Shown: positions 26,301-35,061, numbered from the stretch's first letter. The stretch is DNA of 46,713 nt from an uncultured Methanosarcinales archaeon (GCA_964460195.1 CAYWPJ010000007.1:1-46713); one strand, 5' to 3'. The notes: generated by a model not told the origin, from the letters alone. Numbers and translations are program-made.

Positions 26301-26992
26301 TTAAATTTTCTGAAACAGTCGCGTCTTGCTTTTTCTTTAAGGATAAAAAAGAGCCTTTGCTTTGCTTCATATTCTTCCTGTTCTTCATAACTCATCTTTT
26401 TCTTAGGATTTTTAAGACTATCAAAATGATTATCAGGAAGGCTATCAGCAATATCTCGACAAATGTTGTAAGGAGTAGTTTCTTCTAGTTGCCCGTCGGG
26501 CTTATCATCCTTAAACTTTCGTTTTTTACCGCTTCTTTTTCTTTTCTCTCTCAGAACTCTCCTACTAACTCTATATAGTTGATCATAAGTGCCAATGTGT
26601 TTCTTCACTTCTTCCCTTACTTGAGGGATATTAAGGACAAAAGCAGCATAAAGATCGGCATCATCCAAACTATGCAAAGATTCAACTACGGAAGTGTAAT
26701 CAGTACCTCCTTCTTCACCAACCTCTTGAAGTATTTTAGGAAGGTCCTGGCTGGCTTTCTGTAAATTTTTTTCTGTTACATACCAGTAACCAACTTGTTT
26801 GGCTCTCTCAACAAACTGCTGGTAATGTTCATCTTCACCAAATTGGGTTTGATACAATTTAGCCACTGCTTGAGTTAAGTTTTCTTTCTTCTGCGATGAA
26901 AGAAGCCGTTTGACAGAATCACGCATAGCCGGCTTTATTTTTCCGGAGGCAACATACTTATCCAATGTTCCTTCGATGGGGTCTTGTTTCAT
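23375..26992 (-). CDS. SNF2-family helicase fused to a class-I SAM-methyltransferase-like domain (about 1205 aa)
   Basis: Helicase motifs: I DDCGTGKT, II VDEVQEAKN, III LLSGTPMPDN, VI QGVAREARRGQKK. C-terminal MTase-like LLADAAGQG / VVVDRDF / FDLIDNSS / LNEGGHLQLG. Lys/Arg-rich tail. ATG 26992 is preferred over GTG 27022. Confidence 0.75.
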   Translation of the reverse strand: MKQDPIEGTLDKYVASGKIKPAMRDSVKRLLSSQKKENLTQAVAKLYQTQFGEDEHYQQFVERAKQVGYWYVTEKNLQKASQDLPKILQEVGEEGGTDYTSVVESLHSLDDADLYAAFVLNIPQVREEVKKHIGTYDQLYRVSRRVLREKRKRSGKKRKFKDDKPDGQLEETTPYNICRDIADSLPDNHFDSLKNPKKKMSYEEQEEYEAKQRLFFILKEKARRDCFRKFNQSDDPQKALVSLESSVAEERNGNLRFLYDDQLTIFREYVKFQQKIVRKGYVNPKFENPSTQEKGVLPSFHQVVALYHNLNEKRFGTFDDCGTGKTAIASLMKPFIEEKKRRGKKTVYGRTLIIGPKSSSKAWKDGLEGDEKKRYFKRKKKVAWLNGEKNDEFMKELREAGFVFANFEQLILDYSTNGTTKKVYEVLAELGYDHVIVDEVQEAKNTNNTTKRGSVTESMAVRLLTNNPNVEYVSLLSGTPMPDNLNDYANILFILRPEYFLEEADKKGRRRLSFDNIESRFMEIYEGDPRALYALVRQNTIRRKSKEVTELPETDLIEDMVELTPLQRKIVDYVFNHGKKNWLTQIRYAVLDPRLVSPTILQELNLIGKVTRGDSAKYQRLEGLLTDDEGPIAKGEKIVIFSSMFAEGVTREAKGLEEDYSKLGLEDEFKKLRIRPLKEELEEVLSEHFSREIEFQSIDAFTSDDVRESSVDRLHDGLNGIIATTLSGGMSMNFSLANWCYFLDEHYSPATTEQGVAREARRGQKKRVNAYFLRGIDSIDLDVKALLEQKRENIQMALDGVELLDKEKEILLEGKDRERLKELFLRRRGGIGIDLSRYKVEDLDAFDTKKVNKRKEKRLGRLIVPEDIYEHTVAQEIREEIMRNPAGIWHDKDFVAKYCDNFESLSPYLLARAKVIDLVKRSKAGEISWPELLLADAAGQGILYSAFIDLAELVDNSGFELPVVVDRDFSKPMHKASLNPHKYLANMCGKPQVFDEKFFREMGKFDLIDNSSITLLPNRQRIRDYVLEANRILNEGGHLQLGVGGWYFSSDFFDGMKEAGFEAVVKSVRHNVSTGSVKQLKDRLGPHYAEAYRSKLDLTTFSIFQKVGNCWKVDDKYFLLENPAYSEEEQDAEEILAPKRRKGEKKGKEVDENEKKRMRKRFKSSLPIGTTFKGDGKRYTGKKRLMRDPQTGVVMEAKDGKASDF

Positions 26993-27030
26993 GTGATTTA
27001 TCTGCCTCGACCACCACCGCACTGCGAAAA

Positions 27031-27510
27031 TTATCTAATGTAATAAAATCCTACACAATTATTTGGAGCATTGCTAAGATTTCGTTTTCTGACTAAGCTT
27101 TTGTCAACTGGCTGCCCAATAATTCTCAATTCTTTTCCTTTAATTATATCATAGCCGTCAAAATCAGGTTCTATTCTAAGTGCTTCACTTAAATTTCCTG
27201 GGCCTTGTACTTTAAATTTAGTTCCGTCAAGATCAATTTCAGCCGCCACTAAAGTTATACAAGAATTTCCATTACCAACGGTAATATCAGCAAGATATTT
27301 ACCATATCTGCAACTAACAGACAACGTTCCTATAGGATAATCAGGAAATTTATAGACAATATGGTCGCCGCTTGTTCCCTGCCAAGCAGAAACTTCTAAA
27401 ATTCTTCCTTCAATTATAGCTTTATTTTGGAACGTTCTAACTAATTTTCTTCCTAAAAGTCCTTTAGCTGCATTTTCCGGTTTCTTCCTGAATAATGTTT
27501 CAATTCCCAT
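27031..27510 (-). CDS. Divergent 3-methyladenine/alkyladenine DNA glycosylase (MPG/AAG family)-like protein
   Basis: By-eye alignment to AAG/YxlJ: AAKGLLGRKLVRTF...GRILEVSAWQG matches LLG.LLV...G.IVETEAY.G. GPGNLSEALRIEPDFDGYDI matches GPGKLTKALGI...DG. 159 aa, shorter than typical. Confidence 0.55.
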   Translation of the reverse strand: MGIETLFRKKPENAAKGLLGRKLVRTFQNKAIIEGRILEVSAWQGTSGDHIVYKFPDYPIGTLSVSCRYGKYLADITVGNGNSCITLVAAEIDLDGTKFKVQGPGNLSEALRIEPDFDGYDIIKGKELRIIGQPVDKSLVRKRNLSNAPNNCVGFYYIR

Positions 27511-27643
27511 AAAGTAATTTAGTGAACTCCCGTTTATAAATCTTTCTATTTTAACTATTAGGAAGTGGTATTAAAAGGAGGAATTTTGCAACTTATCTCC
27601 TGATTAGAAACCCTTAAAAACCACCGCCCTTTCCGGCTGTCAG

Positions 27644-28231
27644 ATGGAAAGCAGGATCATTTTCCGGGCAGTCATCGAGGTACTCGGCAAGCCGAAAGAG
27701 CACGTCGAGAAATCGCTCCGGGACTACCTCGGCGAACTGAAGAAAAGCGAGCTTTTCCAGGTGCTCCGGGAAGGCATCGCCGAAACCAAAGAGAGGGAGG
27801 ATGGCCTCTTTGCCACTTTTGCCGAGCTGGAGCTGCAAACCGGCCGGCTGGAAGGCCTGACAACCTTCTGCTTCAATTACATGCCTTCCCTGATTGAAGT
27901 CATCGAGCCAAGGGAGCTGAGCTTCTCCGACCTGCAGCTCTCCCAGTTCCTCAACGACCTGCAGGCCAAGCTGCACCAAGTCGACATGCTCGCCAAGCAG
28001 GTGAAAATCGAGAATGACTTCCTGAAGAAGAGCCTCAGCCATCTGCTGGGGAACTACGTGACCCTCCTGCTGAGCCAGAACAATATGACTTCCCAGCAAT
28101 TGAGCAGCCTGACCGGGGTTGACCAGGACAAGCTGGAAGACTTTTTAGACCAGCTGATCGACCGGGGAAAGATAGATTTAAAAGAAGGGATTTATTTTCT
28201 CCGGGAAAAGGGTGCTCAGGCAGGAAAATAA
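27644..28231 (+). CDS. Hypothetical protein with C-terminal winged-helix-like domain
   Basis: 195-aa GC-rich ORF. C-terminal TSQQLSSLTGVDQDKLEDFLDQLIDRGKIDLKEGIYFL is wHTH-like. It lies directly upstream of scpB but does not look like ScpA. Confidence 0.5.
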   Translation: MESRIIFRAVIEVLGKPKEHVEKSLRDYLGELKKSELFQVLREGIAETKEREDGLFATFAELELQTGRLEGLTTFCFNYMPSLIEVIEPRELSFSDLQLSQFLNDLQAKLHQVDMLAKQVKIENDFLKKSLSHLLGNYVTLLLSQNNMTSQQLSSLTGVDQDKLEDFLDQLIDRGKIDLKEGIYFLREKGAQAGK

Positions 28232-28300
28232 TTAGAATCAGGAAGGAAAAACGGAATCGGGAAGGAAAGACGGCCATGATTAAAAGCGGCCGGGGTTAAA

Positions 28301-28924
28301 ATGGAAGACAGCGAAAAAAAGGTGGAAGCGGTGCTTTTTACCGTGGGCAAGGAAATCTCCTCGGAAAGGCTGGCCAGCTTATGCTCTTTGGAAGCCAGGG
28401 AAGCGGATGAAATCATGGCCAAACTGCAGGAAGAATATGCCCGGCGCGATCATTCTTTAAGGATTGAGAAGCGGGAGAACGGCTGGAAGCTGTCAGTCCG
28501 CGACCAGTTCCTTCCTTTGGTCAGCACTTTGGCCGAATCGACGGAAATGGAAGGGGCGATGATGCAGACTTTGGCGGTGGTCGCCTGGAAATATCCCGTC
28601 GTGCAGTCAGAAATTATCAAGCTGCGCGGAACCGGCGCTTACGAGCACATGAAGCAGCTGGAAGAGCAGGGCTTCATTGCCAAAGAGCGGTTCCAGCGGA
28701 CTTTTAAGGTGAAGCTGACGCCGAAATTCTTTGAATATTTTGACCTGCCCAGCGAAGAGGCCAAGCAGGCTTTCCTCAGGGCTGTCCCTAAAGCGGTGCT
28801 GGAGGAAGCCGAGGCGGTCGCTCAGGAAGCCGACGAAGCGGAAAAGGTCATGGCGCAGGAGAAGGAAGAGAAGAAAGCCCGGGAAGAAATTAAGGGAGCA
28901 GTCGAAGAGGCGAGGAAGGACTGA
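28301..28924 (+). CDS. scpB: Segregation and condensation protein B (ScpB)
   Basis: EAVLFTVGKEISSERLASL...LRIEKRENGWKLSVRDQF...EGAMMQTLAVVAWKYPVVQSEIIKLRGTGAYEHMKQLEEQGFI is the tandem wHTH ScpB pattern. Confidence 0.8.
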   Translation: MEDSEKKVEAVLFTVGKEISSERLASLCSLEAREADEIMAKLQEEYARRDHSLRIEKRENGWKLSVRDQFLPLVSTLAESTEMEGAMMQTLAVVAWKYPVVQSEIIKLRGTGAYEHMKQLEEQGFIAKERFQRTFKVKLTPKFFEYFDLPSEEAKQAFLRAVPKAVLEEAEAVAQEADEAEKVMAQEKEEKKAREEIKGAVEEARKD

Positions 28925-29120
28925 TGGCGGAGCGGGCAAAGCCGAGGCATGGTGTGGCAAAGTAGAGCACAGCGTTAATTTTAGGAAAACCAGCACAAGA
29001 TTTATAAACCCGCCGGCTCTCTTATTTTTAACAGTTTACCGACGATAAAAAAGATTTCCTGACTCTTAAAATTAAACTCAAAACCAAGCTTAAAACCAAC
29101 TTGAAGTCGAACTTAAGACT

Positions 29121-29162
29121 GAGCAAAAACCGAGCAAAAACTGAGCAAAAACTGAGCAAAAA
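29121..29162 (+). promoter_or_regulatory. Four 11-nt tandem repeats (gagcaaaaacy) giving helically phased A5 tracts that abut the gyrA ATG
   Basis: gagcaaaaacc / gagcaaaaact / gagcaaaaact / gagcaaaaa, then ATG at 29163. Confidence 0.6.
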
Positions 29163-32100
29163 ATGGCCGAAAATCCCCCGGAAAAAATCATCCCCCGCGT
29201 CATTGAGGAGGAGATGAAGGAAGCCTACGTCAACTATGCCATGTCCGTAATCGTCGGCCGGGCCCTGCCGGATGTGCGGGACGGGCTGAAGCCGGTGCAC
29301 CGGAGAATCCTCTATTCTATGTATGAGATGGGCCTGCTTCACAACAAACCATTCAAAAAGTGTGCCAGAATTGTCGGCGACTGCCTGGGCAAGTACCATC
29401 CTCACGGCGATACAGCCGTCTTCGATGCCCTGGTCAGGATGGCCCAGGACTTCTCCCTGCGCTACCCCCTGGTCAAGGGACAGGGAAATTTTGGATGCTT
29501 TACCGGCGATACAAAAGTGAAATTAACTGATGGCAGAGACTTGTCTTTTAAAGAATTAATTAAGGAACACCAGCAGGGAAAAAAGAATTACACCTACACT
29601 ATTAATTCTGAAGGGTTTATCGAAATTGCGGAAATAAAGAATCCGCGGCTGACGAAGAAAAATGAAAAGATTATGAAAGTCGTCCTTGACAATGGTGAAG
29701 AAGTAAAATGTACTTTAAACCATCGTTTTATGGTGCGGAATGGGAATTATAAACAAGCACAGAAACTAAAACCAGAAGATTCCTTAATGCCGGTTCATTT
29801 GAGGTTATCAACGGAGAAAGACAAAATAACGAAAATCGCACTAATCCCCGGGCTAAAGCCCGGGGTATTTAATCGTGCGATTTTCGGAATGAGAAATTGC
29901 GCCCTAAAGCCGCAACAAGCGGTGCCAAAAATACAAAGTATTTTTGAGCAGGCGGGGGTTTTAGACCCGGCGCAATTTCCCATAAAACCGGAATTGGTTG
30001 GTTATCAAATGATTTATCAGCCAGTGATAAACAAATGGGTTGGTTGCCATATTCTCGCCGATAACTGGAATTTGGAGCATGGGATTTATGGGAAAAATGC
30101 GGGAAAGATAAGACATCACGCTGATTTTGACAAACTAAATAACCGCCCGGATAATATTGAGAGATTGCCCTGGGGAAGGCATTGGGGGTTACATGCCAAG
30201 CACGCTTCTGAATTACATAAAAACCCTTATTATTGCCAAAAAATTGCTGAGGGAAGGGATAAGTTCTGGGCTGATGAAAAAAATAGGGAAAAAGCGGCAA
30301 AAAACTTGTCTGAACGGAACAAGAAAAACTGGCAGAACCCAAAGTACCGGGAACATATGCGTAAAGTGTTAAGAGAAGTTAACCTTGAATTTGTTAGAAA
30401 ACACCCGGAAGTAAGAAAGAGGAGCAGAGACAACCTCAAAAAACTTTGGAAAGATAAAGAATACCAAGACACAATGAGTAAATTAAAGTCGGAAGAAATG
30501 AAAAGAAGGCAAGAAAAAAGCGATCCTTCCTTAAGAAAATTTACTTCCGAAGAATCTAAAAAAATATGGTTAAAGTTAGGGCATCGCGAAGGTATTTCCA
30601 AGAAGATGAAACAGCAGTGGCAGAATCCTTCTTATCAGAAAAAAGTAATGAAAAATAAAGTTTTGAGCTATGTTAATTCTTTGACCCAAAAACATCCTAA
30701 GATAACCCCTCAGATTTATCAGCAAGAACGCAATAATAACTGGGTTCCATATTTTGAAAAAGCAATGAAATATTTTGAAAATTTCGATGATTTAGTTGAA
30801 CAAGCGAAAGTTTATAACCACAAAATTATTGGGGCAGAAATTCTTTCTGAACGGGAAGACGTTTACGATTTAACCATTGACGGGTCCCATAACTTTGCTC
30901 TTGCATCTGGCATCTTCGTCCACAACTCAATCGACGGCGACCGGGCAGCCGCCATGCGTTACGTCGAAGCCAAACTCTCCCGGATCGCCGAAGAGATGCT
31001 CAAAGACATCGAAAAGAAGACGGTCGATTTCAAGGAAAATTTCGACGGCTCGCTGGAAGAGCCGGAAGTCCTCCCCTCCAAGCTGCCTAATCTCCTGATC
31101 AACGGCTCCTCCGGCATCGCCGTGGGCATGGCCACTAATATCCCCCCCCACAATGTCCGGGAAGTCTGTGACGGCATCATCCGGACGATCGCCAATCCCG
31201 GGATTACTGCCGAAGAGCTGATGAAAATCATTCCCGGGCCGGATTTCCCGACCGGCGCGGAAGTCGTCTGCGGGCAGGCGCTGAGGTATGCCTATGCCAA
31301 AGGAAAAGGGAAAGTTACTGTCAAATCCATTGCCGAGGTCAAGGGCCAGAAGATCATCGTCACGGAGATTCCCTACCAAGTCAATAAGGCTGAGCTGATT
31401 GAGCACATCGCCAATTTGGTTAGGGACAAACGGGTTATCGGGATTAAAAATATCAACGACGAGTCTGACCGGGAAGGCATCCGAGTCGTCATCGACCTGA
31501 AGGAAGGGGTTGATGGAAATGTCATCCTTAACCAGCTTTACCAGTACAGCAACCTGCAGGTTTCTTTCGGCATCCAGATGCTCGCCTTAGTCGGCCAGCA
31601 GCCCAGACTGCTCGGGCTGAAAGAGATCATCCAGCACCACATCGGGCATCGGAAAGAAGTCATCACCCGGAGGACTAGATACGACTTGGAGGTGGCTGAA
31701 GCCAGGGTGCACATCCTGGAGGGTCTGCTCGTCGCTTTGGCTGACATTGACCGGGTCGTGCAGGGCATCAAAGCAAGCCAAACAATCGCCGATGCCGAGT
31801 CTTTTTTGACGGACACTTACCACCTGACGGGGATCCAGGCGAAAGCCATCCTGGAAATGCGGCTGCAGAAACTGGCTTCCCTGGAGCAGGAGAAAATCAG
31901 GGAGGAGCATCAGGGCCTGTTGAAACAGATTGAATCTTTCAAGGAGACCCTTGGTTCAGAGGCGAAGGTCTTCTCCTTGATTAAGGAAGAATTGGAAGAA
32001 ATAAAAACCAATCATGGCGATGAAAGAAGATCAAGAATCATCGCCGGCGAGGATGAAGATTTTGATATTGAGGAATTGATTGAAGACGAGCCGGCAGTCG

Positions 32101-33227
32101 TTACCATGAGCCATGCCGGCTATGTCAAAAGGCTGCCTCTGGACACTTATAAGATTCAAAAAAGGGGCGGCAAGGGGGTCAAGGCCGTCGGCATGAGGGA
32201 AGAGGATTTTATTGAATGGCTTTACATCGCCTCGACTCATGATTTCCTTCTCTGCTTTACCGACCAGGGCCAGCTTTACTGGCTCAAGGTTTACCAAATC
32301 CCGGAAGGAAGCCGGCAGGGGAAAGGGAAACACATTGCCAATGTCCTGGAATTGAAGCACGGGGAAAAAATCAGTGCCGTCATCCCGGTCAAAGATTTTA
32401 AAGTTGGGGGCTACCTGTTCATGGCTACCAAGCGGGGAACGGTCAAGAAGACGGAACTAATGGAATTCTCCAATCCGCGGAAGGGGGGAATCAGGGCGAT
32501 CAACCTGAACGGAAGCGATTTAGCTGAGGGAGGCGATGCCATCGAGGGGAGCCATCGGGAAGAAAGTGGTTCTTTCAGCGGAGATAGCTCTTTGGAGAAA
32601 GATGATTCTTATTCTTCCGGTGCGGGCAGTTCTTTAGAGCCGGGCGTTCCGGCAACGGAGAGCAGCTCTTCAGAGAATTCCGCTTCGGAGGGTTTGGCAA
32701 AGGAGAGCGATTCTCTGGTTCAGGTCCGCCTGACTACGGGAGATAAAGAAATCATTTTAGCGACTAAGAACGGGTTGGCCAACCGGTTTAAGGAAAGGGA
32801 CGTGCGGGCGATGGGAAGAACAGCCAAAGGAGTGAGGGGCATCCGGTTGAGGCGGAAGGACGAGCTGATCGGCATGCTGGCGGCGGAAGAGGGGCTGAAT
32901 ATTCTCACTTTGACCGAGAAGGGCTACGGAAAAAGGACGCCGGTTTCCCAGTACCGCTTATCCCGGCGGGGCGGGAAAGGAGTGGCTAATATTAAAATTA
33001 CGGAGAAGAACGGGCCGGTCAAGGCAGTGATGCTGGTCAACGGCGAGGAGGAAATCATGCTCGTTTCCCGGAACGGGATTGGCATCAGGGTGAGATGCTC
33101 GGATATTTCTATCATCGGCCGGGCGACGCAGGGGGTAAGGGTGATGAGGCTGGGGGAAGACGACCAGCTGGCGGCGGCGGCCAAGATTGTCGTTGAGGAA
33201 GAGAATGTCCCCCAGCAAAATATATAA
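29163..33227 (+). CDS. gyrA: DNA gyrase subunit A interrupted by an intein (extein about 877 aa)
   Basis: [35 protein letters not shown], catalytic-Tyr segment [10 protein letters not shown] after the intein, GyrA-box QKRGGKG, and a C-terminal beta-pinwheel repeat region. Confidence 0.9.
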   Translation: MAENPPEKIIPRVIEEEMKEAYVNYAMSVIVGRALPDVRDGLKPVHRRILYSMYEMGLLHNKPFKKCARIVGDCLGKYHPHGDTAVFDALVRMAQDFSLRYPLVKGQGNFGCFTGDTKVKLTDGRDLSFKELIKEHQQGKKNYTYTINSEGFIEIAEIKNPRLTKKNEKIMKVVLDNGEEVKCTLNHRFMVRNGNYKQAQKLKPEDSLMPVHLRLSTEKDKITKIALIPGLKPGVFNRAIFGMRNCALKPQQAVPKIQSIFEQAGVLDPAQFPIKPELVGYQMIYQPVINKWVGCHILADNWNLEHGIYGKNAGKIRHHADFDKLNNRPDNIERLPWGRHWGLHAKHASELHKNPYYCQKIAEGRDKFWADEKNREKAAKNLSERNKKNWQNPKYREHMRKVLREVNLEFVRKHPEVRKRSRDNLKKLWKDKEYQDTMSKLKSEEMKRRQEKSDPSLRKFTSEESKKIWLKLGHREGISKKMKQQWQNPSYQKKVMKNKVLSYVNSLTQKHPKITPQIYQQERNNNWVPYFEKAMKYFENFDDLVEQAKVYNHKIIGAEILSEREDVYDLTIDGSHNFALASGIFVHNSIDGDRAAAMRYVEAKLSRIAEEMLKDIEKKTVDFKENFDGSLEEPEVLPSKLPNLLINGSSGIAVGMATNIPPHNVREVCDGIIRTIANPGITAEELMKIIPGPDFPTGAEVVCGQALRYAYAKGKGKVTVKSIAEVKGQKIIVTEIPYQVNKAELIEHIANLVRDKRVIGIKNINDESDREGIRVVIDLKEGVDGNVILNQLYQYSNLQVSFGIQMLALVGQQPRLLGLKEIIQHHIGHRKEVITRRTRYDLEVAEARVHILEGLLVALADIDRVVQGIKASQTIADAESFLTDTYHLTGIQAKAILEMRLQKLASLEQEKIREEHQGLLKQIESFKETLGSEAKVFSLIKEELEEIKTNHGDERRSRIIAGEDEDFDIEELIEDEPAVVTMSHAGYVKRLPLDTYKIQKRGGKGVKAVGMREEDFIEWLYIASTHDFLLCFTDQGQLYWLKVYQIPEGSRQGKGKHIANVLELKHGEKISAVIPVKDFKVGGYLFMATKRGTVKKTELMEFSNPRKGGIRAINLNGSDLAEGGDAIEGSHREESGSFSGDSSLEKDDSYSSGAGSSLEPGVPATESSSSENSASEGLAKESDSLVQVRLTTGDKEIILATKNGLANRFKERDVRAMGRTAKGVRGIRLRRKDELIGMLAAEEGLNILTLTEKGYGKRTPVSQYRLSRRGGKGVANIKITEKNGPVKAVMLVNGEEEIMLVSRNGIGIRVRCSDISIIGRATQGVRVMRLGEDDQLAAAAKIVVEEENVPQQNI
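29496..30926 (+). mobile_element. Intein (477 aa) with HNH-type homing endonuclease, inserted at GNFG/SIDGD
   Basis: Starts [10 protein letters not shown]. Block B is TLNH. Ends GIFVHN followed by +1 Ser. HNH-like core [33 protein letters not shown]. Then basic W-x-(D/N)-x-x-Y-(R/Q) repeats ([33 protein letters not shown]). No LAGLIDADG motif. Confidence 0.8.
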
Positions 33228-33250
33228 AGTTTCCTTAAAACGGCTCTCTG

Positions 33251-34393
33251 ATGAAATGTTTCGCCCTCGTCAGTCCCGGGCTGGAAAAAGTTTCCCGGCA
33301 GGAAGTAAGGGAGCTACTCAAGGTCAAGGCAGAAGCCAGCGATTCGGTGGTTGAATTCTCCGTCCGAGGAAAAAAAGATTTACTGGCAAAAGATTTGCTG
33401 ACTTTAATCTTCCATTCCCAGTCTTTAAGGAGAATTCTGCTTTCCCTAGGAAAATTCCGCACCGCTGATGAGATTAGTTTTGACGCTTTGGAATTCCCCT
33501 GGCGGGAATATTTTCCGGAGACATTTTCTTTCAAAGTCGAGGTTGAAGGGGTCAAAGGGCAGGAGAACCGCTGGGAGCTGGCCAAAACAGTCGCCGGGAA
33601 ATTGTTCCCCCTTCTGGAAAAGAACGGCTTGAAGCCTTCTTTAGAACTGAAAAAACCGGATTTCCTCGTCGGGCTTTTCTTCAACGGCCGGGACTATTTT
33701 GCCGGCTTGGATCTGGCAGGAAAGGAACTGAATGCCCGCTCTTACCGGCTTTTTGCCCACCAGGCTTCGATGAAAGGCGACCTGGCCTATTACTTTGTCC
33801 GGAGCTCAAAATTTAAAGTCGGGGAAAAATTGCTGGTCGGTTTCGCCAAGGACGGCACTTTGGCCATTGAGGCGGCCTTATTCGCCAACCGGCTGGCCGT
33901 GCAGAAAAGCAAAGATAATTTTTCTCTGAGAAAGTGCCCGCTTTTTCGGGATTTGGCGGATTTTGATAACCGCCAGCAGTTTCCCGGTAAAATATTTCCT
34001 GGTCAAAAAGAGCCCATCAATATCTCCGCTTTTGATGAGAACCGGACAAGCATTACGGCGGCCAGAAAAAATTCTCAGTTAGCAGGGGTGAAGGAGCGGG
34101 TTGATTTCCAGAAATATGCTCTGGATGAATTGGACACCAGGTTTGGAAAAGAGGAGTTTGACCGTCTGCTTTTTCACCTGACAAAGAAAGATGAAGACCA
34201 GATTAACGAAATCTACCACCAGGCCGATTATGTCCTGAAGCCAAAGGGGACTTTGCTCCTGCTCACTTCGGCCCGGCTGGAACTGTCCGCGCCCAGCCGA
34301 TTCATCCTGAAAAAGAGGGAAGAAATCAGGAAAGGGGACAATCTTTATCAAAGCTGGCTGATGCAAAAAAAAGTGATAACAAAATCGCACTAA
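33251..34393 (+). CDS. THUMP-domain protein related to Trm14/RlmL-type N2-G methyltransferases, with degenerate catalytic motifs
   Basis: N-terminal FLD/THUMP pattern (ALVSPGLEKVSRQEVRELL...LDLAGKELNARSYRLFAHQASMKGDLA). Motif I position reads VGFAKDGTLAIEAAL where DPMCGSGT is expected. No NPPY-like motif is seen. Confidence 0.6.
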   Translation: MKCFALVSPGLEKVSRQEVRELLKVKAEASDSVVEFSVRGKKDLLAKDLLTLIFHSQSLRRILLSLGKFRTADEISFDALEFPWREYFPETFSFKVEVEGVKGQENRWELAKTVAGKLFPLLEKNGLKPSLELKKPDFLVGLFFNGRDYFAGLDLAGKELNARSYRLFAHQASMKGDLAYYFVRSSKFKVGEKLLVGFAKDGTLAIEAALFANRLAVQKSKDNFSLRKCPLFRDLADFDNRQQFPGKIFPGQKEPINISAFDENRTSITAARKNSQLAGVKERVDFQKYALDELDTRFGKEEFDRLLFHLTKKDEDQINEIYHQADYVLKPKGTLLLLTSARLELSAPSRFILKKREEIRKGDNLYQSWLMQKKVITKSH

Positions 34394-34439
34394 TCCCTTG
34401 GCTAATGTCAGAAAGCAAGGCAGGCCAGAATACCGCTGC

Positions 34440-34967
34440 TCACCCAAAAGCGATCTCTTTCTTCTTCCTTTCCAAAAAAGTATAAACTGTCCGGTGCATC
34501 GCTCCCTTCAGCAGCATCCCGACGGCTTCCCGGGCCAGGGCAGCCTGTGGCAGCTCGCCGATGATTCCAATCGTTTTCCCATAAACGGAGAGATAAGTGT
34601 CAGTCAACCGTTCAATTTCTTCCCTCGCTTTGCCGCCCTTGCCGATGACCCGGCCTTTCAGCCTCTCTAAAGTGTTCTTGCTTTTCCCGGCGATGTCTTT
34701 CATGTCAATGATTTCCAGGGCATAATCCTGTTTCAGCAGGAGCAGGGCAATTTTAGGGTTGAAGCCCCGGGCAATCGCTTTGATGATATCCTGGCCGGTG
34801 TAGAGAAGCAGGGCATCTTCTCCGGTGATGATGACGTCGCCCTCCTTGGAGATTTCCAGCTTGGATAGGGTTAATTTCTCTATTTCTTTCTTGGTTTCGC
34901 CGTTGCTGCCGACCAGGACGGCGACTCTTTCTTCCGGGATCTTCAGTTCATAGGAAAATTCCTGCAT
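34440..34967 (-). CDS. Dim2/Pno1-like double KH-domain RNA-binding protein
   Basis: From ATG 34967: MQEFSYELKIPEERVAVLVGSNGETKKEIE (GxxG) and RLKGRVIGKGGKAREEIE (second GxxG). The longer listed ORF overlaps the upstream TrmB-like gene. Confidence 0.75.
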   Translation of the reverse strand: MQEFSYELKIPEERVAVLVGSNGETKKEIEKLTLSKLEISKEGDVIITGEDALLLYTGQDIIKAIARGFNPKIALLLLKQDYALEIIDMKDIAGKSKNTLERLKGRVIGKGGKAREEIERLTDTYLSVYGKTIGIIGELPQAALAREAVGMLLKGAMHRTVYTFLERKKKEIAFG

Positions 34968-35061
34968 GGAGGGGAAATATGGGCAGTTTTTTAAAAAGGT
35001 TGGGGTGGAAAATGGCGGGTTAAGAAGAGACCGGTTTTGGTGTGAGTTAGTGCGATTTTTG

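Noticed and set aside
27614-28099. 161-aa minus-strand ORF competing with 27644..28231 (plus)
   Set aside because: The plus-strand product has balanced composition and a wHTH-like C-terminus, and it is co-oriented with scpB. The minus-strand product is Leu/Gln/Gly-rich and antisense-like.
27644-28231. ScpA (kleisin) assignment for the gene upstream of scpB
   Set aside because: The sequence lacks the ScpA N-terminal pattern and is too short or different. It is left as hypothetical.
28731-29048. 105-aa Arg/Lys-rich plus-strand ORF overlapping the 3' end of scpB
   Set aside because: It is an alternative frame of the E/K-rich ScpB tail with no independent support.
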